Part shown: positions 15,340 to 26,083 of the stretch, piece by piece
How the letters are laid out: each line of letters opens with the position of its first letter
Position numbering within the stretch: position 1 is the first letter of the stretch
Source: Nitrosospira multiformis ATCC 25196
GTDB lineage: Bacteria; Pseudomonadota; Gammaproteobacteria; Burkholderiales; Nitrosomonadaceae
Assembly: GCF_000196355.1 (NCBI RefSeq)
Contig: NC_007614.1
Location: 810,001 to 842,000, forward strand
DNA length: 32,000 nucleotides
Reading direction: 5' to 3'
Notes under the pieces: model-generated
The model's database searches: none
What the model was told of the DNA's origin: nothing
What the model saw: the letters and a program-made list of their open reading frames with translations, nothing else
Made by a program: the position numbers and the translations under genes

Positions 15340-17898
15340 ATGTCGAAAGGCACCTTGTTTACCATTGCTGTCACCCCGAAGATACCGCCTCGGCTGGCAC
15401 GTCTCGAAGACCTTGCCAACGATCTGTGGTATAGCTGGGATCGAGCCACGCGCTCGCTGTTCTCACGCCTCGACCCAAGTCTGTGGGGAGCCGTCGGGCA
15501 TAATCCGAAGGCTTTCCTCAAGCGGGTGGATGAAACGCTGCTGCTCAAGGCAGCCGAAGATCAGGTTTTCCTGGCCAATTACAATAGCATAGTATCCGCT
15601 TATGACTATTATCATTCGGAGACGTTGTGGAATGGCATCGATGCGAGCCTGAATCCGAGCGACAAGATCGCCTATTTCTGCTTCGAATTTGGTTTTCATG
15701 AGAGTTTCCCGATTTATTCGGGAGGACTTGGCATTCTGGCAGGGGACCACTGTAAGGCCGCCAGTGACTTGCGCCTGCCATTGATCGGCATCGGCTTGCT
15801 CTACCGTCAGGGATATTTCTTCCAGACGATCGATAACCAGGGGAATCAGCAGGTCATTTATGCTGATTCGGATTTTTCGGATTTGCCTGTTGCGCCCGTT
15901 CTGCGGGAGGATGGATCTGAAGTAAGAATAAAAGTGGAATTGCTGCAACGCCCGGTGGCGATAAAGGTCTGGCGGGCAAAAATAGGACATGTAAGTCTGT
16001 ATCTGCTGGACACGGATCTCCCTGAAAACTCACCCGGCGATCGCGACATCACACATCAGCTCTATGGGGGGGACAGAGTGATGCGCATCGAGCAGGAGAT
16101 CGTGCTTGGCGTGGGCGGGATCCGCGCTCTACGAGAAATGGGCATCGAGCCGACGATATGGCATATCAATGAAGGCCATGCGGCTTTCATGATGCTCGAG
16201 CGCATTCGCGGCCACGTGCAGCAAGGCCTGGATTTTCCCGCGGCGCTCGAAGCTGTAGCCGCAAGCACCGTATTTACGACTCATACGGCAGTGCCGGCCG
16301 GCCACGATCACTTCAGCGACGACATGATGAATGCCTATTTTGAGCCGTTCTATCGTGATCTCAAAATTACACGCGAGGACTTTCTCGCGCTTGGGCGTGT
16401 CCCGGGGAGTGATGATTTCAACATGACCGATCTCGCCATCCGGGCTTCGCGCTATCAGAATGGTGTAAGCAAGATCCACGGGAATGTATCTGCGCGCATC
16501 TGCAAGGATGTATGGCCGCAGATCGAGCCGGAAGAAAATCCGATGTCATACATCACGAACGGAGTGCATGTTCCCACGTTTCTCGCGCAGGAATGGGCCG
16601 ACCTGTTCGACCGCTACCTGGGATACGAGTGGCGCAATAACATGTGCGATACAGAATACTGGTCGCGCATCGATACCATTCCTGATCATCTATTCTGGAG
16701 TGTCCGGCAAACTCTGAAATCCCAAATGTTCTATGGCATACGCGCGCGCCTCACCACGCAGAATGCCCGGAATCATGGTTCCGAAGCGCATCTTGACCGG
16801 CTTCTGCGCTTTACCGATCCTATTAATCCGAACATCCTGACACTCGGCTTTGGCCGGCGCTTCGCCACCTATAAGCGCGCGACCCTGCTATTCGAGGATC
16901 TCGATTGGTTGCGCAGAATCATGCTTGACCAGGAACACCCGGTGATGATCGTCTTTGCCGGAAAAGCGCATCCTGCCGACGTGCCTGGACAGGATTTGAT
17001 CCGGAGAGTGAGCGAGATTGCGCGAATGCCCGAATTCGAGGGCCAGATTCTCCTGGTCGAAGATTATGATCTCCGCCTTGCCCGTCGTCTGGTGGCCGGC
17101 GTGGACGTATGGATCAACAGTCCCGTGTATCCATTGGAAGCAAGCGGAACCTCAGGCATGAAGGCAGGCATAAACGGAACCATCAATCTGAGCGTCCTCG
17201 ATGGGTGGTGGGGGGAAGGCTATGACGGAAAGAATGGCTGGGCCATCAAGCCGGGACCCGAGAATATGGATGCAGTGCGTCGCGACAAGGAGGAAAGCAA
17301 GGATTTTTATGAAACGCTGCAGGATCACGTAGTCCCCCTTTACTATAACCGCGATAAGCTGGGCTATTCTTCGGGCTGGGTAAAGATGGCCAAGAACTCG
17401 ATGAAGTCGCTGTTGCCGCGTTACAACGCCACCCGCATGATAACCGAATACACCATGAAGTTTTACCTGCCGGCAAAAAAGCAGGGCGCGCTTTATGCGG
17501 CGGATGACTTCAGCAATGCAAGGAAGATAGCCGCTTGGAAAGCGTTCGTAAGAGAAGCATGGCCAGGGGTTACGATCCGACGCCTGGATAAGCCTTTCAG
17601 CCAGATCAGCTTCGGGGAGGCAGTGGATTTTCGTGTTGCCGTCCGGTTGAACGGGTTACATCCGGAGGATGTGGTGGTCGAACTGCTGATCTGTCGTCGA
17701 TTGAAAAAGACTACGCTATGCTCGTTCAAGCACGTCCGCTTCCAGTTCAGGGGTATCGAGGAAGAATCGGCGGAGCACCTGTTCGAACTGGACCATACGC
17801 CCGATTTGTGTGGCAAGCTGGACTACTATATCCGGGTTTATCCCTATCATGCCTTATTGACCCATCCATTCGAGATGGGCATGATGGTGTGGCTGTAG
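15340..17898 (+). CDS. glgP: Alpha-glucan (glycogen/maltodextrin) phosphorylase, GT35, DUF3417-N-terminal type
   Basis: About 852 aa. The N-terminal LARLEDLANDLWYSWD is DUF3417-like. GGLGILAGDH is present. The PLP-lysine motif is EASGTSGMKAGINGT. The ATG at 15340 lies two codons inside the TTG-initiated ORF. Confidence 0.88.
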   Translation: MSKGTLFTIAVTPKIPPRLARLEDLANDLWYSWDRATRSLFSRLDPSLWGAVGHNPKAFLKRVDETLLLKAAEDQVFLANYNSIVSAYDYYHSETLWNGIDASLNPSDKIAYFCFEFGFHESFPIYSGGLGILAGDHCKAASDLRLPLIGIGLLYRQGYFFQTIDNQGNQQVIYADSDFSDLPVAPVLREDGSEVRIKVELLQRPVAIKVWRAKIGHVSLYLLDTDLPENSPGDRDITHQLYGGDRVMRIEQEIVLGVGGIRALREMGIEPTIWHINEGHAAFMMLERIRGHVQQGLDFPAALEAVAASTVFTTHTAVPAGHDHFSDDMMNAYFEPFYRDLKITREDFLALGRVPGSDDFNMTDLAIRASRYQNGVSKIHGNVSARICKDVWPQIEPEENPMSYITNGVHVPTFLAQEWADLFDRYLGYEWRNNMCDTEYWSRIDTIPDHLFWSVRQTLKSQMFYGIRARLTTQNARNHGSEAHLDRLLRFTDPINPNILTLGFGRRFATYKRATLLFEDLDWLRRIMLDQEHPVMIVFAGKAHPADVPGQDLIRRVSEIARMPEFEGQILLVEDYDLRLARRLVAGVDVWINSPVYPLEASGTSGMKAGINGTINLSVLDGWWGEGYDGKNGWAIKPGPENMDAVRRDKEESKDFYETLQDHVVPLYYNRDKLGYSSGWVKMAKNSMKSLLPRYNATRMITEYTMKFYLPAKKQGALYAADDFSNARKIAAWKAFVREAWPGVTIRRLDKPFSQISFGEAVDFRVAVRLNGLHPEDVVVELLICRRLKKTTLCSFKHVRFQFRGIEEESAEHLFELDHTPDLCGKLDYYIRVYPYHALLTHPFEMGMMVWL

Positions 17899-17972
17899 GT
17901 TTCCTCATCTGCCCCTGTCTTCTTCTCTACCTGCCTCTGTCCGTCGTGCAGATAGGGTCCTTGCGTTGGGGC

Positions 17973-19463
17973 CTATCGTTTCTGATTGAGCAGCGACAGG
18001 TAGATTTTCCGGTAGTCGGTTGCGCTGGCACGCCAGCTGAAATCCTGTACCATACCATTTCGCATCAGACGATCCCAAACCGGTTTGTCCCGATACGCCG
18101 CAACAGCCCTCTCCAATGCCCCCAGAAAGGCCTCGGGTGTCAGTTCATGAAATACGAAACCCGTGGCGGTTCCATCAGCCAGGCTCTCCGCCGTGCAGTC
18201 AACCACGGTATCGAGCAAGCCGCCCGTTCCATGAACGAGGGGAGGAGTGCCATAGCACTGGCTGTACATCTGATTCAGGCCACAGGGTTCAAATCTTGAT
18301 GGCATCAGGAAGCAGTCAGCCCCTGCCTCTATCAGATGCGCGAGTTTTTCGTCAAAACCGATACGTACCGCCATTTTTCCGGGATGATTTCTTGCCATCC
18401 GCATCAGCTCCTGCTCCAGCATCGTCTCGCCACTCCCCAGAATAACGAGTTGCCCGGGTATGTCAATCAGTTGTGTGATGATCCGCAAAAGCAGATCATA
18501 GCCTTTCTGATAAGTGAGGCGGCTCACTGCGCCAAACAGCGGAACATCAGGATCGACGGTAAGCCCTAGTTGCTGTTGCAGCGCTGCCTTGTTGATGACT
18601 TTGCCGGACAGATCATCCATCGAATAGTTTTGCTCAAGATGGGGATCATTGACAGGATTCCATTCATCGGAAATGCCGTTCACGATGCCCGTGATGTGCT
18701 CGTGCCGCAGGGAAAGCAGTCCCTCCATTCCAAAACCGAGAGGCGCAACCTGAATCTCCCTCGCATAGGTAGGACTTACAGTGACGATATGGTCGCAATA
18801 GTAGAGCCCGGCCTTGAGGAAGGACATGCCTCCATAATATTCCACCCCTTCGGTATGGAAGCTGGTCTGAGGCAATCCCAGTTGAGATACAGTCTCGGGA
18901 GAAAACACCCCTTGAAAAGCGAGGTTATGAATCACCATCAGAGATGCTGCCTTTGTTCCCTTATGGAAATGGAGATAGGCAGGTACCAGGCCGCTTTGCC
19001 AGTCATTGCAATGAACAACGTCCGGATGCCAGTCCAAAGGGCTGGCGTCGCTTGCCAGAATGGCGCCGATTTTTGAGAGAAGACCAAAGCGTATCGCATT
19101 ATCGGGCCAGTTGTGCCCCTGGGGGTCGGTGTAGGGACCTCCGTCACGCCGGTAGAGTTCCGGGCAATCAATAATGAACAGTGGAACATTGCCAGAGGCG
19201 CCAAATGGCAACCTTGCCGATAGCAGTGTTGCTGCCGGAAATGAGGATTGAGCGGCAAACTCCGCTATCTTCTGCTTGTTTTTCAATCCATTGAGTATCT
19301 GGGGATAGCCCGGAATGAGTATGCGCACATCCATTCCGAGTTCACTCAAGGCGGTGGGCAAGGCGGCGCTCACTTCCCCCAGCCCTCCGGTTTTGTTAAG
19401 AGGGTGAATCTCGGGTGTGATGAATAGAACGTCGAGGTGCGGATAGGATTGTGCAGGAGTCAT
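17973..19463 (-). CDS. glgA: Glycogen synthase (ADP-glucose type, GT5)
   Basis: 496 aa. It has the N-terminal VLFITPEIHPLNKTGGLGEV motif (K-x-GGL) and the C-terminal SRFEPCGLNQMY and TGGLLDTV motifs. Confidence 0.93.
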   Translation of the reverse strand: MTPAQSYPHLDVLFITPEIHPLNKTGGLGEVSAALPTALSELGMDVRILIPGYPQILNGLKNKQKIAEFAAQSSFPAATLLSARLPFGASGNVPLFIIDCPELYRRDGGPYTDPQGHNWPDNAIRFGLLSKIGAILASDASPLDWHPDVVHCNDWQSGLVPAYLHFHKGTKAASLMVIHNLAFQGVFSPETVSQLGLPQTSFHTEGVEYYGGMSFLKAGLYYCDHIVTVSPTYAREIQVAPLGFGMEGLLSLRHEHITGIVNGISDEWNPVNDPHLEQNYSMDDLSGKVINKAALQQQLGLTVDPDVPLFGAVSRLTYQKGYDLLLRIITQLIDIPGQLVILGSGETMLEQELMRMARNHPGKMAVRIGFDEKLAHLIEAGADCFLMPSRFEPCGLNQMYSQCYGTPPLVHGTGGLLDTVVDCTAESLADGTATGFVFHELTPEAFLGALERAVAAYRDKPVWDRLMRNGMVQDFSWRASATDYRKIYLSLLNQKR

Positions 19464-19680
19464 GGCTTTTTCCGTTTACTGTTCATTGTGGGGAGCTGGA
19501 CTTAACTCGGGCGGGGAGCATAGGCATATCGCTATGGGGCGCCCGTATGCTGAGGACCATTATTGATTATTGCCGCAGCATTACCAGGGAAACTCTAAAC
19601 AAAGCCTCCGTCGCGCCTGTGAGGGATTTGTTCAGGGGTTCCCAGGGCTATGGACTTGTCTCGAGGATCAACCTGCTCCC

Positions 19681-21921
19681 TTATCCGTCGGTGTTGATTG
19701 CAGGCAGATCAGTATGAACGAAAATGAGCCCGGCAAGCGGCGGCAGGGTGATAACAATTGAATCCATCCGTTCCATGGAAGGCTGGCCGGTGGTGCGGAT
19801 ACTTCCCATGTTACCGAGATCGCTGCCCCCATAGTAACGAGAATCGCTATTGAAGATTTCCTGATAGCTTCCCGATGTGGGCACCCCGATGCGGTAACGG
19901 TAGCGTGGCACCGGCGTAAAATTGAGTACCACCAGAGCAAACGAACCGTTTCGTGCAAAGCGCAGATAACTGATCACAGAGTTATCCGCGTCGTGACAAT
20001 CCACCCACGAAAAGCCTTCCGGCTCGAAATCACGTTGATGCAGTGCGGCGACGGCACTGTACAGTTGGTTGAGGTCTCGCGCTGCCATTTTTACTCCCTC
20101 ATGCCAGCCATCGCCTAACTGATACCAGTCGAGTTCGCGCGATGAATTCCACTCACGCCCCTGGGCAAATTCATTCCCCATGAAGTTGAGTTTTTTCCCG
20201 GGATATGTCATCTGATAGGTAAACAGCAGGCGCAGGTTGGCGAATTGTTGCCATGCATCTCCAGGCATCTTGCCCAGAAGCGAACCTTTGCCGTGAACCA
20301 CTTCATCATGGGAGAACGGCAGCACAAAGTTTTCGCTGTATGCGTATAACTGCCCGAACGTCAACTGCTCATGATGGAAACGCCGGTAGACGGGATCATT
20401 GCGCATATACACCAGAGTGTCGTTCATCCAGCCCATGTTCCACTTCATGGAAAAACCCAGCCCGCCGACATAAGTCGGACGGGATACACCCGGCCATGCA
20501 GTGGATTCCTCGGCAAGTGTCAGCGCCCCCGGAAATTCCTGATGCACCATGATATTCAGTTCACGCAGAAAATCGATGGCTTCCAGATTCTCCCTGCCTC
20601 CATATCTGTTGGGCAGCCATTCACCCGGAAGTCGCGAATAGTCGAGATAGAGCATGGAAGCGACAGCATCGACACGCAGCCCGTCAAGATGAAATTCCGA
20701 TAGCCAGTAGTGGGCGCTGGAAAGGAGAAACGATTTCACCTCATTGCGTCCGTAGTTGAAAATGTGCGTGCCCCAGTCCTGATGCAGTCCCATGCGTGGA
20801 TCCTCATGTTCATATAGGGCACTCCCATCGAATCGGGCCAGGGCGAAAGCATCCTGCGGAAAATGTGCGGGGACCCAGTCCAGGATTACACCGATTCCCT
20901 CCTGATGACAGGCGTTGATGAAAAATTTCAGGTCGTCCGATGTGCCGTAGCGACTGGTTGCGGCAAAATAACCCGTCGTCTGATAACCCCAGGATTCATC
21001 GAGGGGATGCTCCGAAATAGGGAGCAACTCGATATGCGTGTATCCCATTTCCCGCACATACGGGAGCAGGTGATCGGCAAGTTCCCGGTATGAATAAAAA
21101 CTTCCGTTCGCGTGCCGTTTCCATGACCCGGCATGAACTTCATAAATATTGAGCGGGGTGGCAAGCCAATCCCATACTGCGCGCTGAGCCATCCAGCGCG
21201 CGTCGCCCCATGTCATCCTGCTGGCGGATGGGGCACGGGCAGCAGTGCCGGGACGTACTTCATAATGGCGCGCATAAGGATCCGTTTTGAGAAGGATCGC
21301 GCCGGTATCCCGATTCCGGATTTCATATTTATAAAATGAATCCGTCGGCACGCCGGGGATAAACAATTCCCATACTCCGCTCGCGCCGTGGGAGACCATG
21401 GGATGGATACGTCCATCCCAGCGGTTAAAGCTTCCGACCACACTGACGCGCTCCGCATTCGGTGCCCAAACGGAAAAACGAACTCCGGCAACCCCTTCCA
21501 TTTCCACCAAATGAGAACCGAGCATCCTGTAAGCCTGATGCAAGCGGCCTTCGTTGAACAGATACAGGTCATGTTCCGAAACTTGTGGAGGGAACGCATA
21601 GGCGTCATAAATATCATACACATGTGCGGGTGCTTCGAAGGAAGCCTCTTCGATGCGTAGCTGATAAGGCAGAGGCAGGGGTATAAGTCCCCACCATTCA
21701 AAAACTCCGGCAGGATGGGCTCTTGTCATGCTTTCGAAACCGTCATCCGTGTTGATCCAGATGCTTGCAGCATGGGGATGGAAGGCGCGCACCACCCAAT
21801 GTCCATGTTCCACATGGGGGCCAAGGAAACTGAAAGGATCGTGCAGGCGTCCAGCCAGCAGGGCATGCAACCTAGGGTCTCGCTTGATGGAGGGGCGCTG
21901 TATTGTAGGATACGCTCGCAT
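19681..21921 (-). CDS. glgB: 1,4-alpha-glucan branching enzyme, GH13
   Basis: GH13 conserved regions are present: [30 protein letters not shown] and [10 protein letters not shown]. The ORF is open to 22092, but the Met at 21921 (MRAYPTIQ...[16 protein letters not shown]) aligns with the usual GlgB N-terminus. The upstream 57 codons look non-coding. Confidence 0.92.
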   Translation of the reverse strand: MRAYPTIQRPSIKRDPRLHALLAGRLHDPFSFLGPHVEHGHWVVRAFHPHAASIWINTDDGFESMTRAHPAGVFEWWGLIPLPLPYQLRIEEASFEAPAHVYDIYDAYAFPPQVSEHDLYLFNEGRLHQAYRMLGSHLVEMEGVAGVRFSVWAPNAERVSVVGSFNRWDGRIHPMVSHGASGVWELFIPGVPTDSFYKYEIRNRDTGAILLKTDPYARHYEVRPGTAARAPSASRMTWGDARWMAQRAVWDWLATPLNIYEVHAGSWKRHANGSFYSYRELADHLLPYVREMGYTHIELLPISEHPLDESWGYQTTGYFAATSRYGTSDDLKFFINACHQEGIGVILDWVPAHFPQDAFALARFDGSALYEHEDPRMGLHQDWGTHIFNYGRNEVKSFLLSSAHYWLSEFHLDGLRVDAVASMLYLDYSRLPGEWLPNRYGGRENLEAIDFLRELNIMVHQEFPGALTLAEESTAWPGVSRPTYVGGLGFSMKWNMGWMNDTLVYMRNDPVYRRFHHEQLTFGQLYAYSENFVLPFSHDEVVHGKGSLLGKMPGDAWQQFANLRLLFTYQMTYPGKKLNFMGNEFAQGREWNSSRELDWYQLGDGWHEGVKMAARDLNQLYSAVAALHQRDFEPEGFSWVDCHDADNSVISYLRFARNGSFALVVLNFTPVPRYRYRIGVPTSGSYQEIFNSDSRYYGGSDLGNMGSIRTTGQPSMERMDSIVITLPPLAGLIFVHTDLPAINTDG

Positions 21922-21985
21922 GTATCGATTATAACGTGGATAGTCAGGGTAGCGAGGGCGGCAACTGCATACGAGCAGGACCGAT

Positions 21986-22174
21986 TTACACAATGGGCGC
22001 GAGATTTTTGCCAAGAAACTGCGAGAGCAGAGCGTGGAGCTGGAAGCAACGCTGCAGTTTTCGCGGGGCATCGTCAGGAAGGTCGAACGCAATATTGCCT
22101 GTCATATGGCAAAGGGCAGAGAGAATATGTTCAAGTTCGCGCTCAGTCATGATGCACTGGAGCAGGCCTTGCAT
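21986..22174 (-). CDS. Hypothetical small protein (very uncertain)
   Basis: 62-aa ORF ([35 protein letters not shown]...) upstream of glgB. I see no convincing Shine-Dalgarno sequence and do not recognise a family. Confidence 0.2.
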   Translation of the reverse strand: MQGLLQCIMTERELEHILSALCHMTGNIAFDLPDDAPRKLQRCFQLHALLSQFLGKNLAPIV

Positions 22175-22306
22175 TGCCGGTGGCGCATATCGTTGTCCAT
22201 TTTCACTGCATACGCGCAGCGTGTTCCGTGCTGCGGGAGTTTTCCAAATCGGGGCTGCGTCAGTCCGGGCAATTGCGAGCCTTCTCGGATTTGGGATCGT
22301 CTCTTT

Positions 22307-22528
22307 TTAATGATCAGTACATAAGTAGGAGAGAACGTTGTCGTCCTGCTCTAGCATTTCTTCCAAGTGGGCCGCGTTCTCTTCTTTCACGTCGATAAAC
22401 GCCAGATCATGCTTACCGTTATAGCGCTGGACCGCATCTCGCCACGAGCCGTCGCATGCAAGGGCTAGAGCATTTACTGCAAAAGACTTCTGATTGTTGG
22501 CGAAGATGATTTTGTAGCTTCTGGCCAC
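22307..22528 (-). CDS. Hypothetical small acidic protein
   Basis: 73-aa ORF with a GTG start, preceded by AGAGGAGAAGCAAA, a good SD about 8 nt upstream. I do not recognise a family. Confidence 0.45.
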   Translation of the reverse strand: MARSYKIIFANNQKSFAVNALALACDGSWRDAVQRYNGKHDLAFIDVKEENAAHLEEMLEQDDNVLSYLCTDH

Positions 22529-22901
22529 TTTGCTTCTCCTCTTGATTTGGCTTGGTTAATCGGTTGCTGCAGGATTCACACTGCACAGGAACATGATTGT
22601 TGTCCCAGGAGGGAAAGAGGGATATTTTAGGAGCGGAGAGATGTCCAAAATCGCGCTAACAGCTTATCGCGCATCCCTGCACAATAATTTTTTCGCTATG
22701 CTATTTTAGCCCGTTCCGCAATGACTTTGGCAATCTCAGGCTTGGCCTGGGGGCACTCCATGAGAGGAGCAGGCGGAGAAGAAACAGTCAGGCCAGACAA
22801 GGCGCTTGCGCTTCCTTCAATTTAGCTGCAGAAAACTGCTGCAACTGCAGTAATATAATGATAAAAGAGTCGCCCATGCGACAATTCAAGGGAGGTTGTG
22901 A

Positions 22902-24179
22902 ATGAAATTGCCGGCTGACTTGCGCTCTTATAGCCAGATCACACGTAATTCAATAGCAATGATACTGGCCGGCGGCCGTGGCACCCGGCTGCGGCAGTTG
23001 ACCGATTGGCGGGCGAAACCTGCGGTTCCTTTCGGCGGCAAGTTTCGTATCATCGATTTCCCTCTTTCAAATTGCGTGAATTCCGGTATTCGCCGCATTG
23101 GTGTCGCAACGCAATACAAGGCGCAAAGCCTGATCAGCCATATCCAGCAGGGATGGGGGTTTCTTGACGGACGGTTTCAGGAATTCATCGAACTGTTGCC
23201 GGCACAACAGAGAACCGAAGAAAGCTGGTATCAGGGAACAGCGGATGCCGTATACCAGAATATAGACATCCTGCGGAGTCATAATCCGGATTACGTACTG
23301 ATCCTGGGCGGCGATCACGTCTACAAAATGGATTATGCCAAATTGCTGGCCGATCACATTGCGAAATCCGCCGAGATGACCATTGCCTGTATCGATCTTC
23401 CTCTGGAAGAGGCGAGTGCTTTCGGAGTCATGAGTGTAACCAAGGACGGAAGGGTGACAGATTTCACCGAAAAGCCTTCAGTTCCCACAGCGGTTCCAGG
23501 TCGTCCGGGCTATGCACTTGTCAGCATGGGAATATACGTTTTCAACGCTGATTTTCTTTTCGATCAGTTGATACGTGATCACGACGATCCGAACTCGTCG
23601 CATGATTTCGGCAAGGATCTGATCCCGCATCTTGTTCCACGGAGCCGTGTGTTCACCCACCGCTTCTCGGACAGTTGCGTGAACATGGTTTCTGGCGTAC
23701 CGTATTGGCGCGACGTGGGGACAGTCGAGGCGTATTGGGAAGCCAATCTCGACCTGGTTCAGGTGACGCCCGATCTGAACCTGTATGATCAGGACTGGCC
23801 TATCTGGACGCACCAGGAGCAGCTACCTCCGGCCAAATTTGTCTTTGATAATGATGATCGGCGAGGGCAGGCGCTGGATTCCATGGTTTCCGGAGGTTGC
23901 ATTATCAGCGGGGCAACCGTGCGCCGCTCGCTATTGTTTTCCAATGTGCAGGTGCGAAGTTACAGCGTGCTTGAAGACTCGGTGATATTGCCGAACGTGG
24001 ATGTAGGTCGAAACGCACGGTTGAGGCGGGTAGTGGTCGACAAGAACTGCATCATTCCTCCCGGTCTGGAGGTGGGATTTGATCCGGTGGAAGACAGAAA
24101 GCATTTTTATGTGACGGAAACGGGTGTTACGCTTGTCACTCCGGAAATGCTGGGGCAAAAGATACATTACGTAAGATAA
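22902..24179 (+). CDS. glgC: Glucose-1-phosphate adenylyltransferase (ADP-glucose pyrophosphorylase)
   Basis: 425 aa with GGGAGG upstream of the ATG. It has the N-terminal [42 protein letters not shown] motif, YQGTADAV, and a C-terminal left-handed beta-helix region. Confidence 0.95.
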   Translation: MKLPADLRSYSQITRNSIAMILAGGRGTRLRQLTDWRAKPAVPFGGKFRIIDFPLSNCVNSGIRRIGVATQYKAQSLISHIQQGWGFLDGRFQEFIELLPAQQRTEESWYQGTADAVYQNIDILRSHNPDYVLILGGDHVYKMDYAKLLADHIAKSAEMTIACIDLPLEEASAFGVMSVTKDGRVTDFTEKPSVPTAVPGRPGYALVSMGIYVFNADFLFDQLIRDHDDPNSSHDFGKDLIPHLVPRSRVFTHRFSDSCVNMVSGVPYWRDVGTVEAYWEANLDLVQVTPDLNLYDQDWPIWTHQEQLPPAKFVFDNDDRRGQALDSMVSGGCIISGATVRRSLLFSNVQVRSYSVLEDSVILPNVDVGRNARLRRVVVDKNCIIPPGLEVGFDPVEDRKHFYVTETGVTLVTPEMLGQKIHYVR

Positions 24180-24223
24180 TAGAAACGGAGCTGGATAAGG
24201 TTGATCAAACAGGTGTGCGAGAT

Positions 24224-25924
24224 ATGCAACCAGTACAATTAGTCTTGCTGTGGCACATGCATCAGCCGGATTATCGCAATTACGAGACCGGCGAATTCAT
24301 GCTCCCATGGGTATACCTGCATGCGATCAAGGATTACAGCGATATGGCTGCTCACCTTGAGGCTCATCCCCACATGAAGGCGGTGGTCAATTTCGTGCCG
24401 GTATTGCTCGATCAGCTCGAGGACTATGCCACCCAGTTTGCTTCCGGAGAGATCCGGGATCCGCTGTTGCGGTTGCTGGCTATCCCCAGCCTGGATGACG
24501 TTTCCGAAGAAGATCGGTTACGCGCCTTCGACAGTTGTTTTCGCAGCAATCATCTGACCATGATGCAGCCATATCCCGCGTACAAACGCCTGTACGACAT
24601 CCATGAAATGTTGAGGGAATACGGAGATGGGGAATTGACCTATCTTTCCGGCCAGTATCTTGCGGATCTGCTTGTCTGGTATCACCTGGCTTGGACGGGT
24701 GAAAGTGTGCGGCGAAGCAGTGAGGTTGTGATCCAGTTGATGACCCAGGCGAAGGGTTTCAGCTATGCAGACCGAATGCAGTTGCTCGATGTGATCGGAG
24801 AGGTTGTGCAGGGCTTGATTCCTCGTTATCGCAAGTTGGTGGAGTCGGGGCAGATCGAGCTTTCCACCACACCGCATTACCATCCGCTCGCACCCTTGCT
24901 GATCGATTTTTCATCCGCTCGCGAAAGTGTGCCGGGTTCGGCTCTGCCGATCGAACCGGTTTATCCCGGCGGGCGGAGCCGCGTCGCATCCCAACTGGTT
25001 TCCGCCATTGAAAGCCATGCCGCGCGTTTTGGCGCAAGACCCGAGGGAGTATGGCCGGCGGAAGGAGCGGTATCGGCACCGCTACTTGAGATACTGGGTG
25101 AAAAAGGTTGCCAGTGGTGCGCCAGTGGCGAAGGGGTGCTGGCGAACAGTTTGCGTCACTCCTATCCGGGCGAGCCTCTGCCGGAGAGGAGCCGCTTTCT
25201 TTACCGGCCATATCGGGTTGACGGCAAATCAGGCGATGTCATTTGCTTCTTCCGGGACGAGAAGTTGTCGGACATGATCGGTTTCGAATATGCCAAGTGG
25301 TTTGGTCGGGACGCTGCCGAGCACCTGGTGCGATCTCTGGAGGAGATCGGGCACAGCGCATTGCCGGGAGAGAAACCGGTGGTGAGCGTGATTCTCGACG
25401 GTGAGAATGCCTGGGAATACTATCCTTACAATGGATATTATTTCCTCAATGATCTGTACGAAATTCTGGAAAACCATCCTTCCATCCATTCCACGACCTA
25501 TCGCGACTATATCGCGTCCGAGAACGAGAAGGAAGCGGCCCGCCTGCCGCTTCTGACCGCCGGCAGCTGGGTGTATGGAACTTTCTCCACCTGGATCGGG
25601 GATCGGGACAAGAACCGTGCGTGGGATCTGCTGAGCGCCGCCAAGCACAGTTATGATCTTGTCATGCAAAGTGGGCGCCTGACCCCTGACGAAAGAAAGA
25701 AAGCGGAGCGGCAGCTTGCGTCCTGCGAAAGCTCCGACTGGTTCTGGTGGTTGGGGGACTATAATCCGCCTTACGCGGTATCGAGCTTCGACCAGTTATT
25801 CCGCGACAATCTTGCCAATCTTTATGTCCTGCTGAAATTGCCCGTACCCATTTCCATCACTGAGCCAATCAGCCACGGAGGAGGAGTGCATGAAACGAGT
25901 GGTGCGATGCGGCGTGCTTCCTGA
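24224..25924 (+). CDS. Glycoside hydrolase family 57 protein (alpha-glucan-active; exact specificity unknown)
   Basis: GH57 conserved regions are present: WHMHQPDY, GQIELSTTPHYHPL, VWPAEGAVS (candidate nucleophile Glu, nt 25061-25063), ILDGENAWEYY (candidate acid/base Asp, nt 25397-25399) and CESSDWFWW. The ATG at 24224 has AGGTG upstream. The ORF is open from GTG 24215. Confidence 0.88.
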   Translation: MQPVQLVLLWHMHQPDYRNYETGEFMLPWVYLHAIKDYSDMAAHLEAHPHMKAVVNFVPVLLDQLEDYATQFASGEIRDPLLRLLAIPSLDDVSEEDRLRAFDSCFRSNHLTMMQPYPAYKRLYDIHEMLREYGDGELTYLSGQYLADLLVWYHLAWTGESVRRSSEVVIQLMTQAKGFSYADRMQLLDVIGEVVQGLIPRYRKLVESGQIELSTTPHYHPLAPLLIDFSSARESVPGSALPIEPVYPGGRSRVASQLVSAIESHAARFGARPEGVWPAEGAVSAPLLEILGEKGCQWCASGEGVLANSLRHSYPGEPLPERSRFLYRPYRVDGKSGDVICFFRDEKLSDMIGFEYAKWFGRDAAEHLVRSLEEIGHSALPGEKPVVSVILDGENAWEYYPYNGYYFLNDLYEILENHPSIHSTTYRDYIASENEKEAARLPLLTAGSWVYGTFSTWIGDRDKNRAWDLLSAAKHSYDLVMQSGRLTPDERKKAERQLASCESSDWFWWLGDYNPPYAVSSFDQLFRDNLANLYVLLKLPVPISITEPISHGGGVHETSGAMRRAS

Positions 25925-26083
25925 GTAGTCCTGCTTTTATTCCTTGCTTCTATTCCTGCTGGGAAGCAAAGCGGGGAAGGTTTTTCGAAGCGGCGCGATG
26001 CCAATCCATTCCCCGCTTTTGAGATTCATGCTCTACGCGTCAGGTTTACTGCCCTGCAGCGGCCTTAAATAACACCGCGGACT

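Noticed and set aside
19681-22092. The full 803-aa glgB ORF, including 57 extra N-terminal codons
   Set aside because: The extension ([29 protein letters not shown]...) is Cys/Ser/Arg-rich and unlike any GlgB N-terminus. The internal Met at 21921 aligns with the conserved start region, so the shorter model is preferred.
22854-22859. A perfect TATAAT upstream of glgC as a promoter -10 box
   Set aside because: I found no acceptable -35 hexamer at 16-19 bp and no extended -10 TG. It may still be a promoter but cannot be called from the sequence alone. It is mentioned only within the glgB-glgC intergenic finding.
25944-26018. Inverted repeats between the GH57 gene and the convergent secreted-protein gene. 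TTGCTTC/GAAGCAA lies at 25944-25969 and AAGCGGGGAA/TTCCCCGCTT at 25969-26018.
   Set aside because: The first has a 7-bp stem with no U-tract. The second has a 30-nt loop and only a short T run. Neither is convincing as an intrinsic terminator, though one may act weakly in either direction.
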